Positions 38,455-51,523 of a stretch of 64,000 nt of DNA are shown here, piece by piece. This DNA is from Octopus bimaculoides. Taxonomy: Eukaryota. A program made the translations under genes and the position numbers. The number at the start of each line of letters is the position of its first letter. The first letter of the stretch is position 1. The notes below the pieces were generated by a model. The model saw only the letters and a program-made list of their open reading frames with translations, was not told where the DNA came from and ran no database searches. Location of the stretch: positions 40,854,321-40,918,320 of the forward strand of contig NC_068994.1 in NCBI RefSeq assembly GCF_001194135.2, read 5' to 3'.

Positions 38455-39584
38455 AGTCCTAGAAAACATGCTTTGTCTATAAAGATGATAACAAGTACAG
38501 CAAAATATGTGATAGCCATAGCTGAAATGTCCTTTAATCTTGGATGTTCTGATTTAGCAATGACTTGGTGCTAAACATCAACCTCATTGCATAGGCTAAG
38601 GAGGGTATCTTCTTCAATTGGAAACAAACTTTTTTAAGATATACCTGCAAGAACATTTTTATCATTTAATCATAAGTAAATGTACCATGCCATGGTCTAT
38701 TATCTGGACCTATGAGAAAGTGGGTGGAAGGCAGATTGGAAGTTATCTTTGGACCATAGACATGAAACAAATGCTTGTAACAGAATAGGCCTCACTAAGG
38801 ACACCCAGGAAAAAAGTGATGGTATTAACCAGGGTGACAGATCATGTCTACCACCCAAGCACAAGATTCACTTAGTTTACAGTTTCACATATAAAATTTT
38901 GGTCACAAGGTTTTAATTGGCCTGAGGTTATGGAATAAAACAACTTTTCAAGGTGCTGTGCACTGGGATTGAATTAAACATCATATAGTTGTAAAACGAA
39001 CTGCTTAACTACACTGCAATATCTGCTCTCTCAGCCTTAGAAACAAATACAGTGATCTCACTGTGTGTAATGAAAGTTTGCACCTTCTGGATTCCCATTT
39101 CTAGCTTAGATAGTTAGCTCTTGATTGTTATGTGTTCGTACCATCGACTCAAAGCACTGAAAAATCATAGAATGCATGCTACAGATCCATTGCTTTTCTT
39201 ATCCTATAATCATGAGGAAGGCAGTGTTCATGATATTTTACAAGACCTGTGGGACTGATGGTTAGGAGTGGGTTAGGTATATTCAAACTACAAACCTGGC
39301 CTAAATGCTTTCAACAGAGTAGGGGGCGTCTTCTAAAGGAACCAAAGTGACCAAGTAATGGTATCAAATCAGATGAGGGACGATTTCCCAACCAAGATTT
39401 TTGGCTAGTTGGCAAAGATTTTATGATATACAGGGTAGGTCAAAACTCAGGCACAAAATATGTTCAGTCAAAGATATGCTTCAGTTTTTCTAAAATTAAA
39501 TAAAATAGGTAAAATAATAATGAGTACACATGTTGCGTAACTTTTTGGTCTACCCTATAGTTTAGTAGAAATACTCCATAGACA

Positions 39585-39990
39585 TGAGCATGGCCAATAT
39601 GGTTAAGAAGTTTGTTTTGCAACCACATGGATCCAGGTTCAGTTCTTCCTCATGCCAACTGAGGTAAGTGCCTTGTTGTAATTCATCTACTAAAACTTCC
39701 ATTGATAAATGCTTTGTGAACAGAATTTCGTTACACACACACACACACACACATGCATATACATTTACGTGTGCATGTGTGTGTATGGGTGTGTGTAAGT
39801 GTGTGTATGAGTGTGTGTTTGCAAGTGTCTATTTGTCCTTGCATCAACACTGCTTACAAACTGGTGCTCTTTGTTTGTGTCTGCCTATAACTTCAGTAAA
39901 TGGAGCTAAGTACCAAACACAGAGAAATAATATTAAGATCGATTTCATTAACCAAAATCATTTAAGATGGTTGCCCCATTAAGGCCACAG
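39585..39990 (+). mobile_element. SINE family A, degenerate, with an expanded CA/TG core
   Basis: gttaagaagtttgttttgcaaccacatgg...gctttgtgaacagaattt...gcttacaaactggtg. Confidence 0.65.
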
Positions 39991-40469
39991 AGGAATAACT
40001 AAACCAAGTAAAATATTAAATAAAGTACAAATATAAACAATCATTTCCTAATTGACATAATACTTCATTTAAATAATAATTATTTCTAAATTTTTTATGA
40101 ATTGGAGAAACGAAATCTGTTTATTAGGCTGCTGCTCCATCAAATATTTATTCTATATCATGGAAGACTTAAGTACTTCAATTACTTGGAGAAAGAAAAT
40201 ATGAGTAAAGCTCTTTGCTCCTGCCTGACTATACAGCACAGAAGGAGCCTCTATATGGTTGCTCAACTTGCTAGAAACAGCAGTTAAATTTTCAAGGAAA
40301 CTTCCATCTCATATATGTATATATGTATTGTATGATATTATTTAAATGAAGTATTATGTCAATTAAGAAATGATTGTTTATATTTGCTATTTATTTAATA
40401 TTTTACTTGGTTTAGTTATTAGACTATGACCTTACTGGGGCAACCATCTTGAATGATGTAAGCATGATA

Positions 40470-40745
40470 ATGTGATAAAGAAGCTTACATTACAACTGTG
40501 TGATTTTAAGATTTTGGATTCAGTCCCACTGCATGGCACTTTGGGCATGCTCTGGGTCAACCAACGCCTTGTGAGTGAATTTGGTAGATGGAAACTGTGT
40601 GGGACCCTGTTGTGTGTATGTTTTGTCTTTTACTTGTTTCAGTCATTAGACTATGGCCATAATGGGGCACTGGTTTGAAGAAATTTATTTGAACAAATCG
40701 ATCTCAGTGCTTACTTTTATTCTTAAGCCTTATATTTATTCTGCT
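40470..40745. mobile_element. SINE family A fragments: plus-strand head followed by a minus-strand tail
   Basis: 40470-40615 matches the head; 40625-40745 (ttacttgtttcagtcattagactatggcc) matches the reverse-complemented tail. Confidence 0.7.
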
Positions 40746-40750
40746 GGTTT

Positions 40751-40827
<77 letters not shown>

Positions 40828-41018
40828 CATACATATACACACACACACACACATATATGTGTGTTTATGTATATATATATATATACACATATATACACAT
40901 ATACATACATCCATGCATACATACATACATATATATGTGCATACTCTCTTTCTCTCTCATACACATACACACGCTCAAACATTACATATACATACACCTG
41001 CCTGTGCATGCCTACACA

Positions 41019-41062
<44 letters not shown>

Positions 41063-41156
41063 CATATATATACATTCATGCATGTATACATATATATAAA
41101 GATATCTAGCTAGCTATCTATCATTCTATATACATATGTATATATGTATATATATG

Positions 41157-41214
<58 letters not shown>

Positions 41215-41292
41215 GACACACACACACATACACGTATATACNNNNNNNNNNACATACACGTATATACACATACATGTACGTATACACAAACA

Positions 41293-41352
<60 letters not shown>

Positions 41353-41870
41353 AAAACTTCTAAAGAAGCTGAAGATGGAACGAAACTTTTCAGAGTTGGT
41401 AATCATGGAAAAGTAGAAGCAAATTAACTGAGTTGGCTGTAAAAATTGGTGAGGTCATTATTCCGTAAATCAATGTTCAACTTCACTGCCACTGATATTA
41501 CACGAAATCATGCTTTTGTTTGTTGGTTCTGAGCGTCTTTAATTTCAAGATTTTGCCGAAGAAATGTTTGGTATCGATAAAAAGATGTTGTCTGTAGTAG
41601 AAGAGTTAGGAGAAGGACGTTATTAATTTTTCTTTGAATAGTCAGGATATTGACTTTGGTAGGCAAAGATTGAAAGCGAAAGGAAAAAAAAACAAAAAAA
41701 AAAAAACAAGAGAGAGAAAAAGGAAAAAAGAAATAAAAAAGAATTTGTTTATGGGTTCATTTACTAGGATCTGAATCAGAGTCCGAAGTGTAAAAAGACA
41801 TTGCCCGAGGGAGTTCTGAAGACATGTTGACAGTGAACGAACTTTGACATGAAGAAGGAAGCAAATGAAA

Positions 41871-41881
41871 ATAATAATAAC

Positions 41882-41943
<62 letters not shown>

Positions 41944-41951
41944 TAATAATA
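41871..41951. repeat. (AAT)n microsatellite
   Basis: Read directly from the sequence. Confidence 0.97.
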
Positions 41952-42203
41952 GTAATGAAAATCAAGACTTCTCTCTTACAAAAAAAGAAATAGAAAAAAA
42001 AATATGATACAAAGGAAGAAACAGATGGCAAAAAAAGAAAAAAAAAAAGAAATCAATAAGCTAGCAAGACCTTGCCAGGAAAGACATATTTGGAGCTTAT
42101 GATTAAAAAGAAAAACCATGAAGACATCACAGAAGCAATACGCAAACAATATTGTCGCTATTCAGTATTTGGTGCAGTGTTGGCAATTACACACACACAC
42201 ACA

Positions 42204-42257
<54 letters not shown>

Positions 42258-42267
42258 NNNNNNNNNN

Positions 42268-42284
42268 ATGATGGCAATGATGAC

Positions 42285-42328
<44 letters not shown>

Positions 42329-42629
42329 GAATGAGGATGACGATGATGGTGATGATATTTGTAGTTGTGATGTTGGTGGCAAGGTGACTGTGGTGGTGGT
42401 GGTGGAAGTAGTGACAGCAATAGTAGTGGTTGTGGTGATGAGGTGTTTATGATGTTGCTGGTGTTAGTAGTNNNNNNNNNNGTGGTGGTGGTGGTGGTGG
42501 TGGTGGAGAGGTGGTTGTGAGGGGGGGACGCAGTGGTGTTGATGCTTCTGATGGTATAACACTATGTGTGTTGTGTGGAGTGATGATGATGTTGATGATA
42601 ATGATGATGATGATGATGGCAATGATGAC

Positions 42630-42673
<44 letters not shown>

Positions 42674-42820
42674 GAATGAGGATGACGATGATGGTGATGA
42701 TATTTGTAGTTGTGATGTTGGTGGCAAGGTGACTGTGGTGGTGGTGGTGGAAGTAGTGACAGCAATAGTAGTGGTTGTGGTGATGAGGTGTTTATGATGT
42801 TGCTGGTGTTAGTAGTTTTG

Positions 42821-42852
<32 letters not shown>

Positions 42853-43125
42853 GGTAATGGTGATTACAGTGACTGCTGTGGTGTTAGTGGTGGCATTGTT
42901 GGTACAAGTGGTAGCAGTGGTAGTGTGGTGATTGGGGTTATAATAATAGTGGTAGTAGGGCTACAGCTGATAGTAGTGGTGTCAACAGTGGTGGTGGTTG
43001 TAGTTGTGGTGGTGGTAATTGTGAGGGTGTTGATGCTGGTAACACTAGTGGGTGTGACGATCATGCAGTGGTCAATGGTTATGGGGATGGCGGTGGATAT
43101 GGTGGATGTGGTGGTGGTGGTGAAA
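42268..43125. repeat. (GAT)n/(GGT)n/(AGT)n low-complexity tract containing an exact 204-bp duplication
   Basis: 42268-42471 equals 42613-42816; the first copy lies between two 10-N gaps. Confidence 0.9.
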
Positions 43126-43289
43126 GGTCTTTATAGTACACATGGGGTTGCAGTAATTAAAAAAGGGTAAAGACCCCTCCTTCGGTCATGAATGACCATG
43201 GGATTGTACCTAGAATGTTATCTGCTGAAGCACGTGCTTAGGGCATCAAGAGAAGGAAGGGGTGCTATAGAAATAGTAAATGGTTTACA

Positions 43290-43618
43290 GCACAAAAGAA
43301 ATCACTTTAAACTTGCTAAAATAATATTTGGGATGCCTTTATCTTTACTAAGTATAGATGCAGATGTATTACCTAAGATTAATTTTGAGGATCTGATCAA
43401 AGACTTTGCAATTCAAAACAGTAGGTTCAAATATAAATGAAATGGAAGTATAGAAAAATAAACACTATTTTCCTTCTTACTGATTTGTTTCATTTTGAAA
43501 AATAAAAAAAGATATTTTATAGTCTGTTATTGTTTATATTTTGAATTACATAATCTTTTATGGGGGCACCAAAATCTTTTAAATGCTTTGGGCCTTGATG
43601 GGCCTGAATCCAGGCCTG
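43290..43618 (+). mobile_element. hAT transposon 3' remnant (C-terminal dimerisation domain plus terminus)
   Basis: Translation SLLSIDADVLPKINFEDLIKDFAIQNSR resembles the hATC pattern; ends ...gcctgaatccaggcctg, a CAGG-type terminus. Confidence 0.75.
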
Positions 43619-44240
43619 CCAAGATGAAGGATTTGATAGTTCTGGAACCTAGAAAATCTTTGGTCAGAAATGGTTGAAGTGGTCTTAGATGGTTATTGTA
43701 TTTGTATTTTTAGTGTATAAGAAAATGTATAACATGACAAGGACTGTGGATGATGACAATGATGAAGGTGATGCTGATGATGATGATGAGATCCTGATTA
43801 TGATGATGACGATGATGATGATGATGATGACCATGATGATTACCATGATGCCAATATTAATGACACTGTTGTTCACAACAGTGATGATAATGATAAAAAC
43901 AAAGGTGACAATCTCGGCAAAAGTGGTGATGATGATGATGATGTTGATAATGATAATGATGACGATGATGACGACGACGATGATGATGATGATTGTTATC
44001 GATGTTGTGATATTTCTTATAATGGAAAAGCTCAGTATCAAAAATGACAAGGCCCTTGACTAACAACATTCCAGTCCCTAGTTTAACATGTTCAACTGTA
44101 GTCAGCTGTGATAAGACTGTAAGAAAAGTCCAGGGAGGAAATTCTCCACCTTGACTTGTGTAAAAGCATATTTGGCTTTGGTCCATGAGTAACATCTTTT
44201 GATTGTGGGAAGCATGAATTTCTACATTACTCTGCTTTGT

Positions 44241-44462
44241 CAAGGTGGCAAGCTGGCAGAATCGTTAGCACGCTGGTTGAAATGCTTAGCAATATTTCGC
44301 CCATCACTACGTTCTGAGTTCAAATTCTGCCAAGGTCGACTTTGCCTTTCATCCTTTTGGGGTCGATAGAAATAAGTACTAGTGAAACACTGGGATTGAT
44401 GTAATCAACTAGTCCCCTCTCCCAAAATTTCAGGCCTTGTGCCTATAGCAGAAAGGATTATT
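44241..44462 (+). mobile_element. SINE family B, full-length
   Basis: aaggtggcaagctggcagaatcgttagcacg...caggccttgtgcctatagcagaaagg. Confidence 0.88.
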
Positions 44463-44840
44463 TTCATCATCAGTTATAGAATCTAACTCAGTTAATGTTG
44501 ACCATACATCTTCACATGTATGTGCAAGTCTAGGTAGGATTTTTTGAAGGAGACTGAGAGTTGCCCATGCATGTAAGTCACCCACAGCAATGAATAAATG
44601 CTACTGCTGATATAATTTGGTACCATTGTCCTCACAGCAGTTGATCTCAGGTCACAAAAAGCCAGAACAGATACTACAAGACATCTCTCTTGACACTCTA
44701 AGTCTCCACCTTGAATTATTTTGACTCTGAATGGATGAAAGGCAAAATTGAATTCAGAATGCAGAGAGCTGTAACAACTATCCACTCTAACAACTCTGCT
44801 ATTTTACCACCATTTAAAACATTTAAAACATGGCATTTAT

Positions 44841-44933
44841 AAATATTAATTATAATACATAATATGATTATAATTAAATATTAATTATAATATGTAATAT
44901 GATTATAATTAAATATTAATTATGATATTATAG
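44841..44933. repeat. 35-bp AT-rich minisatellite (~2.6 units)
   Basis: aaatattaattataata(ca/tg)taatatgattataatt at 44841 and 44876, partial unit at 44911. Confidence 0.85.
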
Positions 44934-45289
44934 GGATCTTTTTTAAAACGGGGGCCACATTTTTCATTAACGAAACACTTTGAAACTTGGATCACTGGTA
45001 GAATGTGTCATATAAAACATCTTTTTCTCTTAGTCTTCTTAAAAAAAAAAGAAATCCATAAATTATTCCATGTTAAAGTTGTCGTATTTCTGTAATTTCA
45101 ACCAATCACTGACGTCCATTCAGCCGATATACATTAAGTGCCGACTACATAAACAAACGATTCTGAAACAATTAACCCTAACCCTAACCCTAAGTATAGA
45201 TAAGTATACGAAGTTTGAAAGTCTTTCGGTACCAAAAGCACTACATAAAACATTAATGAAAAATGTGGCCCCCGTTTTAAAAAAGATCC
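44934..45289. mobile_element. Second Merlin-like MITE copy (356 bp, internally deleted)
   Basis: Perfect 37-bp TIRs; perfect 8-bp TSD tattatag at 44926-33 and 45290-97; near-identical to 19005-19589; retains (TAACCC)3. Confidence 0.88.
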
Positions 45290-45429
45290 TATTATAGTAT
45301 AAATATTCATAATATTAAGCCTATAAATATAGATTCTATAATCTACAGAAAATTATTTAGTTCTTTGTTTTTAATCAATAAATGAAACAATAGACAATGT
45401 GTTGATAAAATAAGTACCAATCATATAAA

Positions 45430-45640
45430 AAAGGAAGAAAGGTACTCCCTGAGCCATAGACCCTTAGGATCAGTTTCCTAGATTCTTTGACATATATATT
45501 CTTCCTCTGGATGGGACACCAGTCCATCACAGGATTACTCATTTTTGTCAGCTCAAGAACACACAACACATTGCCTGGTCCAGGAACTGAACCCACAATC
45601 TTATGAGCATGAGTGTAACACTCTAAGCGTTAAGCCATGA
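45430..45640 (-). mobile_element. SINE family D
   Basis: Homologous to 31955-32170. Confidence 0.7.
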
Positions 45641-45828
45641 TCCCTACATACCATTCATATGCCATGGTCGATTCAGTGAACTATTCCTCTCTCTCTCTCT
45701 CTTTTATCACTTTATGTTTTCTGTGTTGATGTAATTATCACTATGCATTGTGGTAGTAACTATGATGTTGATGAAAAACTCTTGTGTCAGTGTAAAAAGC
45801 CACTGATCGTAGGATATAGAGAGAGGAA

Positions 45829-45879
<51 letters not shown>

Positions 45880-47139
45880 GATAGTGAGAGAGAGAGAAAG
45901 AGAGAGAGAGAGCAAGCAAAGGTATTAAGCTTTAGCAGGGTGTGATGTGGTGAGCAGATGGGAGATACAACACCCAGCAGTCACAGCAAGCAATGTTCAT
46001 TGTGAAAGTAATGCAAAGAATAAACAGATTTTTCACACCTCTAATTCCATGGCTTTTCCATGACAGTTTAGTGGTGAGTTATATTAATGTTTACAACTTT
46101 TGGTGTCCACCAATTATGTCCAGCTAATCACAATAGGATCTCACCTTCTCAACTCTCTCTCTCCCCCATCTCTCTAACTTTCTCTTTCTGTTTCTCTTTC
46201 TTTTTTTTTCTTTCTCTCCTCAAAGCCTCAGAACAATAAAGAAGAAAAATAAACATAAAAATAATCATAAATCTCAGTCCAATATCTCTATTTGTAGGCA
46301 AACAAAAGAAGATTATCTTTTTGTCCACAAACAATAATGGATTGATCACCGTTGTGAGTATATAACCTGCTCTACACAGATGCATTCAAGGAACATTATT
46401 TCAGTTTAGTATTGATAACTGCTTTCTACAGTTCAGTGATGTGTCATGGCGATATTGAGCAGATTGAGATTGAAATCAATGCTATAAGGGCTTCATTAGA
46501 ATTTGTAACCATGTGTGTGGATGGATGTCTTGTATACACATCATTTATCATCAAACGGGGGGGAATTTATACCAATGAGGACGCAGTGATATCCTTGAAC
46601 AAATACATTCATTATTAACTCTGACCAAACACCTGTGTGTATGCATGCGTGTGAAAGCGGGAGAGTGTATATGTGTGTGTGTTTGTGTGTATGTGTGTGT
46701 GCATATACATGACTGTGTGTGCGTGAGGTTTAATGAGAAACGGATCTGAATGTCAATATGTGCCACTTAGCGATAATATCCAAGGGGATACATTACTGCC
46801 CACCTGACTGGTGAGTCACCAGTTCAAATTCCACAGATGATATTCTACTGTGTCCCTGGAGGAAGGAACATAATTTCCATGTGAATACAATTTGAATCTG
46901 GTATTGCCCAGTTGTAATAAAACTGAAGAGTATTATTTTTAAGGGATCCTTGACTACAAGAAGCAATTTTATCTTACCAGTCTCCACTCCATCATAAATC
47001 CTATTGTGGGTATGTAGATTGACATTGGAACATGTATATGTAAGGAAATATGATTATTTATATATATATATATATATATNNNNNNNNNNNNNNNNNNNNN
47101 NNNNNNNNNNNNNNNNNNNNNNNNNNNNNNNNNNNNNNN

Positions 47140-47232
47140 TATATAAGGCATAGACATGACTGTGTGGTAAGAAGCTTGCTTCCAAACAAAATGGTTCTAG
47201 GTTTAGTCCCACTGCGTGGCATCTTGGGCAGT
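47140..47232 (+). mobile_element. SINE family A head, interrupted by (GAT)n
   Basis: gtgtggtaagaagcttgcttcc...gtcccactgcgtggcatcttgggca. Confidence 0.8.
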
Positions 47233-47647
47233 GATGATAATGATGATGATGATGATGATGATGATGACGATGATGATGTTGATAATGATGTCGATGATGA
47301 TTATAATGATGTGTGTGTGTGTGTGTGTGTGTATAAATATATATCACTGTTGGCTATTTCTCTTAGTTTAGTTTCACTTATTTTATGCATAAATATTCCT
47401 TATTCTAGTTACCCTCTTTTTTCAAGACAATTAGATCGTCTTTTCCTGAATGACATGGCTGTTTTAGAGAATCCTTGATTCTTGGGATTATCTTTATTTT
47501 GTATTTGGAGTTGACTACAGTTCTCACAAGACATCTCTTTACATTAAATTCTTCGATAATGAAGAATTTAACTTGCATGGACATCTAAAGGCAGTTTTTG
47601 TTTTCAAATTCCTTGAATAATCTCAGTTGATCAAAGCTTTTTAAGGT

Positions 47648-48030
47648 GCACTGGCATCGACCATACTCAAATGGGGCTTTTTATGTGCCACCAACATATG
47701 AGCCAGTTAGGTGACACTCGCATCAACCATGCTCGAATGGTACTTTTTATGTGCTACAGACACTGGTATTGGCCACTCTTGAATGGTGCTTTTTATGTGT
47801 CACTGGCCATGACTATGATGTCACTTGACTCAACAAGTCTTCTCAAGCACAGCATATTTTCATTTAATGTCTATATTCTATGCTGGAATGAGTTGGACAG
47901 TTTGACAAGGATCTATTCAGCTCAAGAACTGCATTGTGCTCTGGTGAGTGCTATGGTATGGTTTCTGTGGTTTGATGCCCTACCTAATGCTCTACCAAAT
48001 GCCAACCACTTTACTGCATGTACTTGAAGC
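47648..48030 (-). mobile_element. Family E fragments (subrepeat region plus a tail fragment)
   Basis: Repeated aatggtgctttttatgtg units and gatgccct...aatgccaaccact, as at 26421-26830. Confidence 0.65.
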
Positions 48031-48199
48031 TGTTTTTCTTTTCCCTTTTTTTTTTTTTTTTTTGGTGGCACTAGCACTTGTGAGAATGCCATGCAACTTG
48101 CAAGACCATGAGCTATGAGAAGGAATTAGCAACTTGATGTTAAGAGAGTAAAGAGTTGAGAGGAGTAAAATATGAGAGTAAAAAAAGGTCAGAGTTTGT

Positions 48200-48600
48200 T
48201 GCTGTAGAGGTGCAATATGGCCACGTATATTTTAGAAGAGACAGTGGTGTGGGGAAACGAAGCAGGTAAGTGATATAAGTGATGATGTGTCAGAGTGGTG
48301 CTTCAAGGTAAGATGAGTTGGGTAGAAATGAGAAAGGGGTGGGCTGGGACAACAGAGATGCCAGGAAAATCAGTAGGGGAGTAGAGGATGTCTGATTGTT
48401 CAGAGCAGCAGAATACAAATGATGGATGTTACAGAAAATAGGAAGACGAAAGAGAGATGATATGCTGTTAGGTAGGTTTCAGGAGTGAATGAGGAAGGGA
48501 TAGAGGCAAATGCCCTGTATGAGGAGGGTGGGATGCATGGTGGGGTGCGAAGGAGAGCTAATTGGTGTCACAGTAGGGGGTGGGTGATCAATAAAAGTAT
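48200..48600 (-). mobile_element. Highly degenerate LINE 3' fragment (CR1/L2-like)
   Basis: The minus strand weakly resembles the post-RT region of the LINE at 49560-51406; many frameshifts. Confidence 0.35.
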
Positions 48601-48752
48601 GGGTGAAGATCAATATATAAATTCATGTATACATACATATATGAATATATATGCATTTCTATGTAATCTATATTTCTGTCTGCTTGTGTATGTATGTACA
48701 TATACATTCATGTGTGTGTGTGTGTAAGTATGTATATATGCATGCATGTGTG

Positions 48753-48800
<48 letters not shown>

Positions 48801-49559
48801 TATATATGGATATATACATACATGTATTGATATATATTAATATGTGTGTGTGTATACATATATTTATATGTATTAATATATATTCATATGTTTATGTGCA
48901 ATCACGTATACATGTACACATAACTGGTATATGATATTATACAAGATCATATTCCAGCATAGAGTATAGTGAATTTTTGCTCTATTTCTTTTTCCACATT
49001 GGATAATGTGTATACATATGTATATGAATGCATTCCTTTGAGGGTGCATATGCATGTATCCATGTATGTATACATGTTGTATTTGTATGTATGTGTTTTT
49101 TTGTATGCATTTATATGCTAATCTCAGTTAGAGGGAAGAAGTCAGGCACTATCATATTCCCTAGGGTGGGGGAGTTCTCAGGAGAAAAATCCGAATTGAT
49201 TATCTCTCTGACTGCACATTCATTCATATAAAACTAGCAAAGAATAGATAACAGTTGACAGTAATAATGTCAGAAAAAATAAATTGGACTTCAGCTCTGG
49301 CTCTTTCTGATTGGATTTCTGGTTTCCACCTGTAAAATAGAGTATCAGAGCTTATGTTTCACTGAGAAAGAGGTTGAATGTCTTGTTGGACCAGTAAAAT
49401 GTGGGACATAATGCCAATTTTTAATTGCAGCCCATTAGATTCTGAGTTCTAATTCCTAACAAGCTCTGCTTGGTCTTTCATCTTTCTGAGGACAACAGCA
49501 TAAAGCAAGGAGAGTAAAGGTTGGGGAAGCAGTAGGAGTTTTTCTTTGTTTTTACTTTT

Positions 49560-51406
49560 TGCATTTAGAGTGAGGGACGAGCCTGTGGTCCTTGTGGACC
49601 TTTTGAGAGTGGTGTGATTAGTGCATTTAATGGTCCATTCAAACTGGTGCTAGTCAAAATTAGCAGGAAAGCTATAAACCAAGTGAACATTCCAGAGGGT
49701 CAATAATCTGGGGACGAAGAATAAGGCATAGAGGTTAGTGTAGTGAAAGAGAAGGTTTGGAAGCACCAAAGATGTTGAAAGATAGGGAGATGAGTATTAA
49801 GAGTACCTGGGTAGAGAGGGGCATAAGACCAGGCAACTCCAATGGGTAAAGATTATATTAATGATAGGAAAAAAAGAAAGAGCACAGCATGTCAGTGGGT
49901 CGGAGGCTAGAGTGTGTCCATTAGTAATAGAATGCCAATCAGCTGAGCTTTGTCTGTCTGTGTTCCTAGATGTCAGTGTGAATAGCAGCAACACCATCCT
50001 AGATATGAAACCAGTATTCCCACATCTCAAGTGGGTTTCCCACAAACCTTGTAGAGTGTCAGGAGCATGTGTGGTGCTGAAACTTCTTCTAGACCTAAAG
50101 AGAAGGAATATCTTTTGGATACAATCCAAGCTCTGTTAAAGATAAGCTTTTACCTAGAGAAATCCTTGATGAGAATAAGACCTGTCAACTGGAGTGATTG
50201 TAAGGATTCGATCTGAGTGCCACTCACATTCAAAAGGAGTGTGGTATTAGTGTTTTCTTGATTTGAGGTGTTATTGAAATTTTTTGGCAATTAAAAGTGG
50301 TATGGTTGGCTTGGTCCCACGAGAGAATGCTCCTGAGGTTTCTGCTTATGGAATTAATGTAAGTTTGTCATGTGATGTCAAGAGTGTATGTAGCTAATAC
50401 ATGGTTAGAGAAGGTTTAAGGTAAAATGAAGGGTTGTCATCTGTATAAGAGTAGACTTGGCTGGAAGTGGCAGCAAGTAGGCCGTTGATGTATAGGATGA
50501 AGAGAGTAGGGGACAGAACTAGACCCTAAGGAACACTGAATTACATTGTGAGTTGAGCTGTAAGTGCTCTGTCAACATGTGCTATAATGGTAGAATTTGA
50601 TTGGAAGCAACCAATCCAATATATGAAAAATGGATGGGATCAATATGTGGAAAGTTTTTGTTTTGAAATTTTCATGTCAGACATGACTGAAGACTTTGGT
50701 GATGTCTAGAGCAGCAACAGTGTTTTTAGTGAACTTCTATAAAGCAAAAGCCCATAGTAAATAACATAAGAGAGTAGGTTGCAAGGGGTCTGATTCTGTG
50801 AAAGTCATGCTGGTGGTCACAAAGGAGAAGCAGAAATTCAAGGGAATGAGAATGTCATTGTTAATGGCTGTTTCCATTAACTTCAAGATGTTAGGAGCGA
50901 GAACAATAAGGCAGTAATGGGATTGGAGGGGCTACTGGACTGCCTTTCTTTGGAATGAGACACACTGAAGTATGCTTCCAAATGTCAGGGTATATTTCCA
51001 TAGGGAATGAGAGATTACAGAGTTGGGGAGTATAAGAACAGCTTCTGGGGTGCATTGGTTAAGTGTAGTAGAAGGGATAGAGTCAGGCCATTGAGCTTGT
51101 TTGTTTGAAGCAGCTGGAGGTATTTCTGCACTTTCTGTGAGTGTAAGCTGTTAGGATAGATAGAGAGGGTGCAGAAGAGATTGGCCAAGGATGTGTAGTG
51201 TGAAGTTGAATGCAAAGCAGGCTGTGAAGGTGGAGGCTTTGTCTATGGATGCGTTGTTTGCAGAGCCATCATTGTTTAGAAGAGGAGAAAAAAAGGACAC
51301 CACAAAACCGATGGAAACTTTCTTAGCCAGAAACCAGAAGGACTGGCTGTACTTTAGGAGGTGGTAAAGCTTGAAGGCTGTGTAATGCATGATAGCATCC
51401 TCCTCA
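49560..51406 (-). mobile_element. 5'-truncated, decayed non-LTR retrotransposon (CR1/L2-like reverse transcriptase)
   Basis: Minus-strand motifs LQLLQTNKLNGLT (~51085-51125), DHQHDFHR (~50795-50818), VAALDITKVFSHV*H (~50675-50718) and SVP*GLVLSPTLFILYING (~50481-50537) correspond to conserved LINE RT blocks; stops and frameshifts throughout. Confidence 0.85.
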
Positions 51407-51523
51407 AACCAAACTGCACCCCAGAAGTTGTTCTTATACTCCCCAACTCTGTAATTTCTCATTCCCTATGGAAATATACCCTGCATTTGGAAGCATACTT
51501 CAGTGTGTTTCATTCCAAAGAAA
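51407..51523. repeat. Inverted duplicate of LINE segment 50945-51060
   Basis: Near-identical reverse complement, e.g. gagttggggagtataagaac/gttcttatactccccaactc. Confidence 0.92.

Noticed and set aside
41369-41392. CTGAAGA-tggaac-GAAAC motif
   Set aside because: The spacer cannot form stem II and there is no matching stem I.
42268-42816. Exact 204-bp duplication
   Set aside because: Identical even in microsatellite length, with the first copy bounded by two 10-N gaps; most likely an assembly artefact.
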